Shown: positions 1 through 8,782 of the stretch, in pieces
Numbering within the stretch: position 1 is the stretch's first letter
Layout: each line of letters opens with the position of its first letter
DNA from: Pseudodesulfovibrio mercurii
Lineage (GTDB): Bacteria; Desulfobacterota; Desulfovibrionia; Desulfovibrionales; Desulfovibrionaceae
Direction: 5' to 3'
DNA: 32,000 nt
Assembly (NCBI RefSeq): GCF_000189295.2
Contig: NC_016803.1
Span: forward strand, 810,001 to 842,000
Translations under genes and position numbers: made by a program
Notes under the pieces: model-generated
Seen by the model: only the letters and a program-made list of their open reading frames with translations
What the model was told of the DNA's origin: nothing
Databases searched by the model: none

Positions 1-1010
1 GCTTCCTGTCCGTGGAGGGCGGGTTGCCCATCAACGACAGCCTCCTGCCCTACACCCCGGCCGATACCTACGGGCGGGCCTTCCTCGTCGGCATCGTGAA
101 CACCCTGTTCGTGTCCGCCCTGTCCATCGTGCTGGCCACCATCCTCGGCGTTCTGGTCGGCGTGGCCCGAGTCTCCACCAACTGGCTGGTAGCCAAACTT
201 GCCGCGGTCTACGTGGAGGTGCTGAGGAACATTCCGCTGCTGCTGACCCTGTTCTTCTGCTACTCCACCCTGCTGGCCTTCCTGCCGTCCCCGCGCAAGA
301 GCCTGACGCCGTTCGGCGACATCTTCATCAACAACCGGGGCGTGTTCGTCCCGCGCCCGATCCTCCAGGACGGCATGGGCTGGGTCCTGCTCGCCCTGGT
401 CGCGGCCGTGGCGGCCTCGATCTTCCTGGTGCGCGCGGCCAAGCGGATGCGCGACGAGACGGGCAACGCCCCGCGCGCCGGATGGATTTCCCTCGGCCTG
501 GTCCTCGGCCTGCCCCTGGCCGCATACTACCTCGCGGGCCGACCGCTGGCCTTCGACGTGCCGGTGCTCAAGGGGTTCAATTTCAAGGGGGGCATGATCC
601 TGCGCCCCGAATTCACGGCCCTGCTCATCGGCCTGGTCCTGTACACCGCCGCCTTCATCGGCGAGAACGTGCGCAGCGGCATCCAGTCCGTGGACAAGGG
701 GCAGTTGGAGGCGGCCAAGGCCCTGGGCCTGAAGCCCGGCGTGATCATGCGCAAGGTCATCCTGCCCCAGACCCTGCGCGTCTGCATCCCGGCCACGACC
801 AACGACTACACCAGCCTGGTCAAGAACAGCTCCCTGGCCGTGGCCATCGGCTACCCGGACATGGTCTCCATCGGCGGGACCATCATCGGCCAGAACGACC
901 AGGCCATCGAGATCATCGGCATGTGGATGGCGGTCTACCTGACCATCAACCTGGCCGTGTCCCTGGTCATGAACTGGTTCAACGCCAAGGTGCAGCTGGT
1001 GGAACGATGA
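1..1010 (+). CDS. aapQ: Polar/general L-amino-acid ABC transporter permease (AapQ/BztB/YhdX-like), 5' end cut by window edge
   Basis: The frame is open from nt 3 (FLSVEGG...) with no upstream stop, so the listed GTG at 12 is probably internal. Multi-TM protein with the EAA-type loop GQLEAAKALGLKPGVIMRKVILPQTLR. Its stop overlaps the next start (ATGA at 1007-1010). Confidence 0.85.
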   Translation, partial: FLSVEGGLPINDSLLPYTPADTYGRAFLVGIVNTLFVSALSIVLATILGVLVGVARVSTNWLVAKLAAVYVEVLRNIPLLLTLFFCYSTLLAFLPSPRKSLTPFGDIFINNRGVFVPRPILQDGMGWVLLALVAAVAASIFLVRAAKRMRDETGNAPRAGWISLGLVLGLPLAAYYLAGRPLAFDVPVLKGFNFKGGMILRPEFTALLIGLVLYTAAFIGENVRSGIQSVDKGQLEAAKALGLKPGVIMRKVILPQTLRVCIPATTNDYTSLVKNSSLAVAIGYPDMVSIGGTIIGQNDQAIEIIGMWMAVYLTINLAVSLVMNWFNAKVQLVER

Positions 1011-2101
1011 GCACGAAAGTCGAAAAATTCGTCCCCGCGCCCTCCTCCCCGCCGCCCGTGGCGGCCACGGGCGTGATCCTCTGGCTGCGGACCAATCTCT
1101 TTTCCGGCTGGTTCAACTCGGTGCTGACCATCCTGGCCGTGCTGCTCCTGGTCAAGACCGTCCCGCCCCTGATCGACTGGGCGTTCATCCGCGCCGTGTG
1201 GACCGGCGGACCGCAGGTCTGCGACGGCTCGGGGGCCTGCTGGGCGTTCATCGCCGACAAGGCCCGGGTCATGCTCATCGGCACCTATCCGCAGGACCTG
1301 GAATGGCGCCCCCTGGTCGCGGGCATCCTGTTCGCCGGGGTGGTCGCGGCCACGGTCAGCGGCCGGTGCAAAAAACGCGTGCTGACCGTCGCCTGGCCAG
1401 TGCTATTCGTCGCGGCCCTGTGGCTCATCGGCGGCGGCGCGGGCCTGACCGAAGTGGACCAGTCCATGTGGGGCGGGCTGATGCTCTCCCTGGGACTGGC
1501 CGCCGTGGGCATCATCCTTTCCGTGCCCTTCGGCATCCTCCTGGCCCTGGGGCGGCAGTCCCGGATGGTCGGCGTCAGCTCGGTCTGCGTCGGCCTCATC
1601 GAACTGATCCGAGGCGTGCCGCTCATCACCATCCTGTTCATGGCCTCGGTGATGATGCCCCTGTTCCTGCCCGTCAATCTCCAGATCAACAACCTGCTGC
1701 GGGTCCAGGTGGGCATCATCCTGTTCTCATCCGCCTACATCGCCGAGGTGGTGCGCGGCGGCCTGCAGGCCGTGCCGGGCGGCCAGCTCGACGCGGCCAA
1801 GGCCCTCGGGCTGTCCCCGTGGATGATCACCCTGTTCGTGGTCCTGCCCCAGGCCCTGCGCTACGTGCTCCCGGCCCTGATCGGGCGCTGCATCGCCCTG
1901 TTCAAGGACACCTCGCTGGTCATCATCGTGGGTCTGCTGGACTTCCTCGGCATGGCCAAGGCCGCGTCCCAGGACCAGCACTGGCTCGGCCACGAGGTCG
2001 AGGGGTACGTCTTCTGCGCCGTGGTCTACTGGTGCATCTGCTTCGGCATGAGCCGATACGGCCGCAGCCTTGAAAAGCGCGGCCCCCAAACCAACCGATA
2101 A
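1007..2101 (+). CDS. aapM: Polar/general L-amino-acid ABC transporter permease (AapM/BztC/YhdY-like)
   Basis: ATG at 1007 lies in frame inside ORF 482..2101; the upstream part overlaps aapQ in another frame and is Arg/Pro/Gly junk. The N-terminus (LWLRTNLFSGWFNS, CDGSGACWAFI) and the EAA loop GQLDAAKALGLSPWMITLFVVLPQALR match this permease type. Confidence 0.85.
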   Translation: MSTKVEKFVPAPSSPPPVAATGVILWLRTNLFSGWFNSVLTILAVLLLVKTVPPLIDWAFIRAVWTGGPQVCDGSGACWAFIADKARVMLIGTYPQDLEWRPLVAGILFAGVVAATVSGRCKKRVLTVAWPVLFVAALWLIGGGAGLTEVDQSMWGGLMLSLGLAAVGIILSVPFGILLALGRQSRMVGVSSVCVGLIELIRGVPLITILFMASVMMPLFLPVNLQINNLLRVQVGIILFSSAYIAEVVRGGLQAVPGGQLDAAKALGLSPWMITLFVVLPQALRYVLPALIGRCIALFKDTSLVIIVGLLDFLGMAKAASQDQHWLGHEVEGYVFCAVVYWCICFGMSRYGRSLEKRGPQTNR

Positions 2102-2110
2102 GGGCTCCCA

Positions 2111-2857
<747 letters not shown>

Positions 2858-2897
2858 CCTGACCGCGCGGGGGCAACCCGCCCCGGATGCGACACCC

Positions 2898-2941
2898 GGA
2901 CATCCCCCGGCCTCCGCATGGAGACCGGGGGATGTCCGTTT
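2898..2941 (+). terminator. Stem-loop terminator candidate after aapP
   Basis: Perfect 13-bp arms GGACATCCCCCGG (2898-2910) and CCGGGGGATGTCC (2925-2937), with further pairing inside the loop, followed by GTTT. The U-tract is short. Confidence 0.55.
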
Positions 2942-3049
2942 CAGGCGCCCGGTCAGGCCGACGCCCGACCTCTCCCGCCCCGCGACGCCGGTGACGGCGG
3001 CCGCGCGAACAGCCTCGGAAAGGCGATGAGGGGGGCCCTCCCCGAAGAT

Positions 3050-3079
3050 AAAAAAAGGGCCCCGACGGATCGGGGCCCC
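3050..3079 (-). terminator. Rho-independent terminator of the PEP-CTERM gene
   Basis: On the minus strand GGGCCCCGA-TCCG-TCGGGGCCC is followed by TTTTTTT. It lies 25 nt downstream of the stop at 3104. Confidence 0.85.
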
Positions 3080-3103
3080 TTGGTGCGATTCACAGTAAAA
3101 CGG

Positions 3104-3778
3104 TTAGGCGTTGCGGCGCCTGCGGGCGATGCCCAGGAAGGCGGCCAGGCCGAGGCCCATCAGGATGAAGGTGCCGGGCTCGGGGACCGTGGCGGGACCG
3201 GGAGTGACGGAACCGAAGGTGACGTCGTCAAAACCGATCCGGTTGACCACGCCGCCGAAGCTGACCGAATGGGCGATGCCCTCGAAAGCGATGCCGAAGG
3301 CCACGAAGGGGCTGTAGTATCCGTTGGGATCGCCACCATCCTGCGGGGTGGTGGGGAGTTGCACGGAGGCGAGCAGGTCACCGTCGCCGTCGAGACCGCT
3401 CCACACGTCCACGCTGCCGAGGTAGTCGATCGAGGAATAATAGAAGGAGAAACCCGTATCGAAGCCGGACGACAGGCTCATGATGGCCGCATCCCCATCC
3501 AGGAAGAAGAGAATGGTGGACGGGCTGGGTTCATTGCCGAAATTGCCGGTGCCCCCGGCATCGGAATCGATGATCGACCGGGCGTTGGAGCTGAAGGAAA
3601 CTCCGTAGTTCGTTCCGGAGTACCCCATGGAGCTGGTTCCGCCGTTGTAGAACTCGTTGATGTAGTCCAGATTGCCCAAGCCTTCAAAATCGAGAACAAT
3701 GGCGTAGGAAGGCGTCACGAGAAACAGGCACAGGGCCAATGCCGATAACAGTGTCGTAACCTTATATGCGTTCTTCAC
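3104..3778 (-). CDS. PEP-CTERM sorting-domain secreted protein
   Basis: N-terminal signal peptide (LLSALALCLFLVTPSYA). C-terminal VPEPGTFILMGLGLAAFLGIARRRR is the classic PEP motif, TM helix and Arg cluster. GTG start at 3778 is preceded by AGGAG at 6-nt spacing. Confidence 0.85.
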   Translation of the reverse strand: MKNAYKVTTLLSALALCLFLVTPSYAIVLDFEGLGNLDYINEFYNGGTSSMGYSGTNYGVSFSSNARSIIDSDAGGTGNFGNEPSPSTILFFLDGDAAIMSLSSGFDTGFSFYYSSIDYLGSVDVWSGLDGDGDLLASVQLPTTPQDGGDPNGYYSPFVAFGIAFEGIAHSVSFGGVVNRIGFDDVTFGSVTPGPATVPEPGTFILMGLGLAAFLGIARRRRNA

Positions 3779-3838
3779 GACGGACTCCTGGTAATAGGTT
3801 TATCAACATAAAGCGTATAAGCAAACATCGTACCGAAA

Positions 3839-3868
3839 ATTATAATTCATAATATCAACATATTACAA
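3839..3868 (-). promoter_or_regulatory. Candidate sigma70-type promoter of the PEP-CTERM gene
   Basis: The minus strand reads TTGTAA-N18-TATAAT inside a strikingly AT-rich stretch (about 3785-3960) of an otherwise GC-rich window. Pattern match only. Confidence 0.3.
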
Positions 3869-4073
3869 TTCTCATACGACACGGTTGTGTCGATTGACTT
3901 TACACTTCTTAAGAAAACTTTACGATCATCCGAACACATCGGGTTTCGACAACGAATCGTGACACCGTCCGGAATGAGGGGAAGAGGGCGCGCGGCCCGC
4001 ATGAGGATGAATGAACCGAGGCGGCTGCGAGTCGGACATGGCGACAGGGGGAACCTTTCCCGCGAACGAAGTC

Positions 4074-4103
4074 GGCCGTGCCGCTGCGAACAGCGGCACG
4101 GCC
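4074..4103 (-). terminator. Stem-loop downstream of the SulP gene
   Basis: Perfect 13-bp stem GGCCGTGCCGCTG-CGAA-CAGCGGCACGGCC, 43 nt past the stop at 4146. No U-tract follows, so it may be a Rho-dependent or stabilising hairpin. Confidence 0.45.
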
Positions 4104-4145
4104 ATGAACTTCCCGGACGGCTCCCGGGTCGAAGCCCCGCGAGGG

Positions 4146-5894
4146 TTACGGGCGGGTAAGGGTCAGCCGGGGCGCGCGGCGGGCCGGTCCGGACGCCGGG
4201 ACCGGTTCGACGCACATCCGTTCCCCGATGAGACACTTGGCCCGGAAGACCGCCGACGGGTAGTCCGCGCAGACGTTCTCCTGGCCGACGAGAGCCTTGA
4301 TGCCCATGGTGCACAGAACGCGGTGCACGCCCTCGGTGATGTCCGCCAGGACCACTGTCGAGCCCAGCCGCTGGGCCTTGCGGATGACGTTTTCCAGGGC
4401 CTCGATGGCCGTGGCGTCGATATGCTGGACGCGGCTCAGCTTGATGATCAGCACCTCGGGCGGAGTCCGGGTGAACTGCATGGTGTCGATGAACCGCTGG
4501 GCCATGCCGAAGAAGAACGGGCCTTCCACCTCGTAGCTGGCGATGCGGCCGTGATAGTCCGGGGCCGGGAGCGCGCCCCCCTCCTCCTCCACCGGGAGCT
4601 CGCAGACACTGCCCACCTCGCTCATGCGCTTCATGAACAGCAGCGCGGCGAGGACCACGCCGACCTGGACCGCCACCGTCAGATCGACGAAGACCGTCAG
4701 CGAGAAGGTGATCAGCAGAACCAGGGAATCGGCCTTGGGCGCGCGCAACAGCCGCTTGAAGCGGTGCAGTTCGCTCATGTCCCAGGCCACGAAGGTCAGG
4801 ATGGCCGCCAGGCTCGCCAGGGGGATGTGGTACAGCAGCTTGGAGCAGAACATCAGGAAGGCCACCAGGGTGAACACGTGAATGATGCCCGAGACCGGAG
4901 AATAGGCCCCGGCGCGGATGTTCGTGGCCGTGCGGGCGATGGCCCCGGTGGCCGGGATGCCGCCGAACAGCGCCGAGGCGATGTTGGCGAAGCCCTGGGC
5001 CACCAGCTCCATGGAGGGGTTGTGCCGCTTGCCGGTCATGCCGTCCGCCACCACCGCGCTGAGCAGGGATTCGATGCCCGCCAGCAGGGCGATGGTCAGG
5101 GATTCCGGCAGCAGGGTGCGGACGGTCGCCAGGCTGAACGCGGGATACTGCAGATGGGGCAGCTCGGCGGGGATGCCCCCGAAATGGGAGCCGATGGTCT
5201 CGATGGGCAGGTTCAGCGCCCAGGTGGCCGCCGTGGCCAGGGAGATGCCCACGATGTGCGCGGGCAGCCGGGGGATGAACCTCCGCACCAGGATCATGAC
5301 CGCCAGCGTGCCCAGGCTGATGGCCACGGCCGCGCCGGTGAAGGTCGGCAGGGCCTCGGCGCAGGCGGTGATCCGGCCCAGGAAGTCGGACGGCACGGCG
5401 GTCAGCCCGAGGCCGAAGAAGTCCTTGAGCTGGGTGGTGACGATGAGCAGCGCGATGCCGGTGGTGAACCCGGTGATGACCGGATAGGGGATGAACCGCA
5501 GGAACTGCCCGAAGTTGAAGACGCCCATGAGCACCAGCAGGATGCCCGCCAGGATCATGGTCACCACCAGCCCCTCGTAGCCGTGCCGGGCGATGACGCT
5601 GGCCACGATGACCACGAACGCCCCGGTGGGGCCGCCGATCTGGAAGCGCGAGCCGCCGAAGGCCGAAATGATGAAGCCCGCCACCATGGAGGTGAACAGC
5701 CCCTGCTCCGGGGTCGCGCCCGAGGCGATGGCGAAGGCCATGGCCAGCGGCAGGGCCACGATGCCCACCGTGACGCCCGCGCCCAGGTCCCGGGCCAGTT
5801 TGTTCAGGGAGTAGCCACGGCGGAGGGTTGTCCACAGGGCTGGAACGAGATTCACGCTGAAATAATTGGATAACATAGATGTCCCAAATGGCAT
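4146..5894 (-). CDS. SulP-family inorganic anion (sulfate-type) permease with C-terminal STAS domain
   Basis: N-terminal LARDLGAGVTVGIVALPLAMAFAIASG and many TM segments, with a STAS-like tail (VLIIKLSRVQHIDATAIEALENVIRKAQRLGSTVVLADI). The start could instead be the ATG at 5876 (MLSNYF); both have weak SD sequences. Confidence 0.9.
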   Translation of the reverse strand: MPFGTSMLSNYFSVNLVPALWTTLRRGYSLNKLARDLGAGVTVGIVALPLAMAFAIASGATPEQGLFTSMVAGFIISAFGGSRFQIGGPTGAFVVIVASVIARHGYEGLVVTMILAGILLVLMGVFNFGQFLRFIPYPVITGFTTGIALLIVTTQLKDFFGLGLTAVPSDFLGRITACAEALPTFTGAAVAISLGTLAVMILVRRFIPRLPAHIVGISLATAATWALNLPIETIGSHFGGIPAELPHLQYPAFSLATVRTLLPESLTIALLAGIESLLSAVVADGMTGKRHNPSMELVAQGFANIASALFGGIPATGAIARTATNIRAGAYSPVSGIIHVFTLVAFLMFCSKLLYHIPLASLAAILTFVAWDMSELHRFKRLLRAPKADSLVLLITFSLTVFVDLTVAVQVGVVLAALLFMKRMSEVGSVCELPVEEEGGALPAPDYHGRIASYEVEGPFFFGMAQRFIDTMQFTRTPPEVLIIKLSRVQHIDATAIEALENVIRKAQRLGSTVVLADITEGVHRVLCTMGIKALVGQENVCADYPSAVFRAKCLIGERMCVEPVPASGPARRAPRLTLTRP

Positions 5895-6079
5895 TTTGCC
5901 GTTGGGCGCAGGCAGGTCCGGTCAGTCCGATTCCAGGATCGGGCCGTGTCTGGAGGCTCAATAAGGCAGGTTGAAAAGGAGCAATGCATTAGTCCCGGCC
6001 GGTTACGCTGTCAAGACGGAAACGAGGCCCGCCCGCGCGCCGGGGAGACCCGCCGGAATCGCCGTTGTCCGGGCCGGTG

Positions 6080-6117
6080 AAAAAAAGACCGGCCCGCGGC
6101 GTTAAACCGCGGGCCGG
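6080..6117 (-). terminator. Rho-independent terminator of tunR
   Basis: On the minus strand CCGGCCCGCGG-TTTAACG-CCGCGGGCCGG is followed by TCTTTTTTT. It lies 29 nt downstream of the stop at 6146. Confidence 0.85.
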
Positions 6118-6145
6118 ACGGACGTTCGGGAGGATGCGGGGTCCG

Positions 6146-7207
6146 CTACAATTGCACGGTGTTCAGGACCACGGACATGGCCTTGAACCAGAACTCGACC
6201 TCGTCGCCGGGTTGCAGGGCCAGGTCCTGGGCGCTGTGAGCCGAGATCAGGGCGCAGACGTCGGTGCCGTCCGGGAGGCGGCCCAGGACCTCGGACAGGA
6301 CCGGGGTGTCGGTGACCCGAAGGATGGAGGCCTCCAGGCGGTTGCGGGCGCTGCCGGTCAGGTGTCCCGCCCGGTGCAGGACGTTGACCAGCGGGGCCTT
6401 GACCGTGGCGATGACCGGGCTGCCCACCATGATCTTGAGGTTGCGCAGGGAGTCCATGGTGATGACCGCGCAGATATTCAGGTCGGAACGGGTCCGAAGG
6501 ACCACCTGGGCCATGACCTGGTCCGTGGTCACCTCGACCACGTGGCCCAGGAAGGAGTTTCGGGCCGAGGTGCGCTTGCGCATGGCCTCGTGGGCCGTGC
6601 GCACGATGGTCTGCACGTCGCCCGGGGAGAACTGCTGGAAGTTGGCGGTCAGGTCCAGGGAGGACTGGCCCAGGACCTCCTTGACGATGGTGATGGGCAC
6701 GCCGCTGCGGAGCATCTCCACGGCCCTCGTGTTGCGCAGGGACTTGGGGCAGACCAGGTCCTTGGCCAGGCCGCACTCCTTGCCGCGCTCGTAGCAGATG
6801 CGCCGGAAATAGCCGGGGTCCACCCGGAAGAGTTCCCCGCGCAGGCCGTACCCCATGGGGCTCTCCTGGAAGGCGGCCAGCTCGGCGTAGAACTCCTCGG
6901 GCAGCGGGACCTCGCGAACGCGGTCCTCCCGGCCCAGGCTGACGAACGGGCCGTCGGCGTGGAAGGCCTCGGTGTCGTCCAGGGAGAGAATCTCGCCCAG
7001 GCGCGCGCCCGTATGGCGGACAAGCTGGAACAGCAGCCACAGCCGCGTCCTGGCCCGGACGCTGTCCATGCGCCTGGCCCCATCCTTCCATTTTCTGAAG
7101 GCTTCCTCGAAGGCGCACATCTGCGACGGTTCAAGGTAGCTGACCTGGTCCGAAACGCTGAAAAACTCGCGCGGACACACCCTGCCCGAAGGCTTGATCT
7201 CTTGCAT
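6146..7207 (-). CDS. tunR: TunR-type tungstate/molybdate-responsive regulator: XerC/D-like (degenerate tyrosine recombinase) domain fused to two Mop/TOBE domains
   Basis: The N-terminal half aligns to recombinase boxes (HTGARLGEILSL; PKSLRNTRAVEMLRSG; LGQSSLDLTANFQQF). The C-terminal half has two Mop repeats starting SARNSFLGHVVEV... and SARNRLEASILRV... It is divergent from modA. The architecture matches the TunR family reported for sulfate-reducing deltaproteobacteria (from memory). Confidence 0.85.
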   Translation of the reverse strand: MQEIKPSGRVCPREFFSVSDQVSYLEPSQMCAFEEAFRKWKDGARRMDSVRARTRLWLLFQLVRHTGARLGEILSLDDTEAFHADGPFVSLGREDRVREVPLPEEFYAELAAFQESPMGYGLRGELFRVDPGYFRRICYERGKECGLAKDLVCPKSLRNTRAVEMLRSGVPITIVKEVLGQSSLDLTANFQQFSPGDVQTIVRTAHEAMRKRTSARNSFLGHVVEVTTDQVMAQVVLRTRSDLNICAVITMDSLRNLKIMVGSPVIATVKAPLVNVLHRAGHLTGSARNRLEASILRVTDTPVLSEVLGRLPDGTDVCALISAHSAQDLALQPGDEVEFWFKAMSVVLNTVQL

Positions 7208-7229
7208 GAACGGCCCACCTGCCGGATTA

Positions 7230-7253
7230 TCACGCTTTTATCCATTCGCGTGA
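7230..7253. promoter_or_regulatory. Candidate operator in the tunR-modA divergent region
   Basis: Inverted repeat TCACGC-N12-GCGTGA (7230-7235 and 7248-7253) with an AT-rich spacer, 23 nt upstream of the tunR start and about 115 nt upstream of modA. Function is inferred only. Confidence 0.3.
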
Positions 7254-7366
7254 CTTGGTTGCGACATAACAGCACAGAACATAGGGGATTTGGTGACGGG
7301 ACACAACCCGTTCGGAAACCGCACACCCCGCCGCGCCGAGGCGCGGAGAAACAAGGAGACGCCCCC

Positions 7367-8101
7367 ATGCATTTCATTCGAGTCTGTACCCTGATGCTTA
7401 CCCTGCTCCTGGCCCTGCCCGCGAGCGCCTGGGCCGACGGCAACGTGGTCCTGGCCTCCGGGGCGGGCTATAAGAAAATGGTCAACGCCCTGAACGCCGC
7501 CTATGAGAAAAAGACCGGCCAGACCCTGGACCTGATCTACGGCAACATGGGCCGGGTGACCACCCTGGCCAAGGAGAGCGGCAAGGTGGACATCGTCCTG
7601 GGCGACGCCCAGTTCCTGCTCAAGCGCGCGGCCCTGCCCGTGTCCGAACAGACCGAACTGGGACGGGGCAAGCTGGTCCTGGCCTTTGCCAAGGGGTCCA
7701 AGTTCTCCAAGGTCGCGGATCTGGACAACCCCGAGGCCGGACGCATCGCCATGCCCGACACGAGCAAGGCCATCTACGGCAAGGCGGCCCGCGAATTTCT
7801 GACCAACACCGGCAGGCTGCCGGGCATCAAGCCCCGTCTTGTGGAAGTGGCCACCGTGCCCCAGGTCTTCTCCTACCTGGCCACCAACGAGGTGGACATG
7901 GGCTTCATCAACCTGACCCATGCCCTGAACGTCAAGGACAAGCTGGGCGGCTACGTGCTCGTGGACGAAAAGGACTACTCGCCCATCAGCATCATCGCGG
8001 CCATACTGACCAGCGCCCCGAACGAGGACAAGGCCAAGGCGTTCCTCGACTTCGTCAAGACGGACGAGGCCCAGGCCATCGTCAGGGCGAACGGCCTGTA
8101 A
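7367..8101 (+). CDS. modA: Molybdate/tungstate ABC transporter periplasmic binding protein (ModA-like)
   Basis: ATG at 7367 follows AAGGAG. Signal peptide MHFIRVCTLMLTLLLALPASAWA. The mature part resembles ModA-type PBPs. The upstream 1.3 kb of ORF 6065..8101 is antisense to tunR and is rejected. Confidence 0.8.
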   Translation: MHFIRVCTLMLTLLLALPASAWADGNVVLASGAGYKKMVNALNAAYEKKTGQTLDLIYGNMGRVTTLAKESGKVDIVLGDAQFLLKRAALPVSEQTELGRGKLVLAFAKGSKFSKVADLDNPEAGRIAMPDTSKAIYGKAAREFLTNTGRLPGIKPRLVEVATVPQVFSYLATNEVDMGFINLTHALNVKDKLGGYVLVDEKDYSPISIIAAILTSAPNEDKAKAFLDFVKTDEAQAIVRANGL

Positions 8102-8105
8102 CAAC

Positions 8106-8774
8106 ATGGACTTCGTCGGCATCCTGGCCCAGCCGGAGACCATCAACCCTCTCCGGCTCACCTTGAAGGCGCTGGCCGTATCCGGTGCCCTGCACCTGGT
8201 CGGCGGCGTGCTCATCGCCTACTACCTGACCTCGGGCAAGGGACCGCTCCGGTCCGTGGTGGACTTCCTGGTCACCCTGCCCCTGGTCTTTCCGCCCATC
8301 GCCACCGGGTTCATCCTGCTCCTGCTCCTGGGCAGGGCCGGGTGGCTCGGGCGGTACTCGCCGGTGGACATCGTCTTCAACTTCCCCGGCGTGGTCCTGG
8401 CCTCCTTCGTGTCCGGCCTGCCGCTCATGGTCAAGCCGGTGGAGGCGGCCCTCAAGGGCGACGTCCGCCGCCTGGGCGAGATCGCCCAGGTGCTGGGCAA
8501 AAGCGACTGGCAGACCTTCTGGCTGGTCCTTCTGCCCAACATCAGGCGCAACGTGACCGCGGGCTGGTTCCTGGCCCTCGGACGCTCCCTGGGCGAGGTC
8601 GGGGTGACGCTCATGCTCGGCGGCAACATCATCGGCAAGACCAACACCCTGTCACTTGAAATCTACAACGCGGTCTTCAGCGGCGAATTCGACCGGGCCA
8701 TGGTCCTGGCGGTGATCATCGGGATGTTCTCGCTGACCATCTTCGCCGCCCTGAAGAAACTGTCCGCCGTCTAG
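8106..8774 (+). CDS. modB: Molybdate ABC transporter permease
   Basis: Has TLPLVFPPIATGFILLLLLGRAGWLG, the ModB hallmark (LPLVLPPTV..LLLLGR), and 5-6 TM segments. It starts 4 nt after modA. Confidence 0.88.
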   Translation: MDFVGILAQPETINPLRLTLKALAVSGALHLVGGVLIAYYLTSGKGPLRSVVDFLVTLPLVFPPIATGFILLLLLGRAGWLGRYSPVDIVFNFPGVVLASFVSGLPLMVKPVEAALKGDVRRLGEIAQVLGKSDWQTFWLVLLPNIRRNVTAGWFLALGRSLGEVGVTLMLGGNIIGKTNTLSLEIYNAVFSGEFDRAMVLAVIIGMFSLTIFAALKKLSAV

Positions 8775-8782
8775 GAGACGAA

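Noticed and set aside
3847-5961. 704-aa minus-strand ORF and 620-aa plus-strand ORF (4011-5873) over the SulP locus
   Set aside because: One is an alternative frame and the other is antisense to the SulP gene. Both translate to Arg/Gly/Pro/His-rich strings, and only the 4146-5894 frame gives a coherent membrane protein with a STAS domain.
6146-7207. Integrase-like gene as evidence of a prophage, integron or genomic island
   Set aside because: The catalytic Tyr and two His positions are replaced, the domain is fused to Mop domains, and there are no flanking att-like repeats, tRNA or phage genes. It is a regulator, not a mobile-element recombinase.
6065-7366. N-terminal 434 codons of ORF 6065-8101, which would make a 678-aa ModA
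   Set aside because: This part is antisense to tunR. A signal peptide with a good SD starts at 7367, giving a normal-sized ModA.
7208-7366. Moco riboswitch upstream of modA
   Set aside because: I could not find the conserved Moco-motif elements as I recall them from memory (a GCCUCC-type segment paired with a GGAAAGG-type region), nor the long multi-stem architecture. Only a short GC hairpin next to the SD is present.
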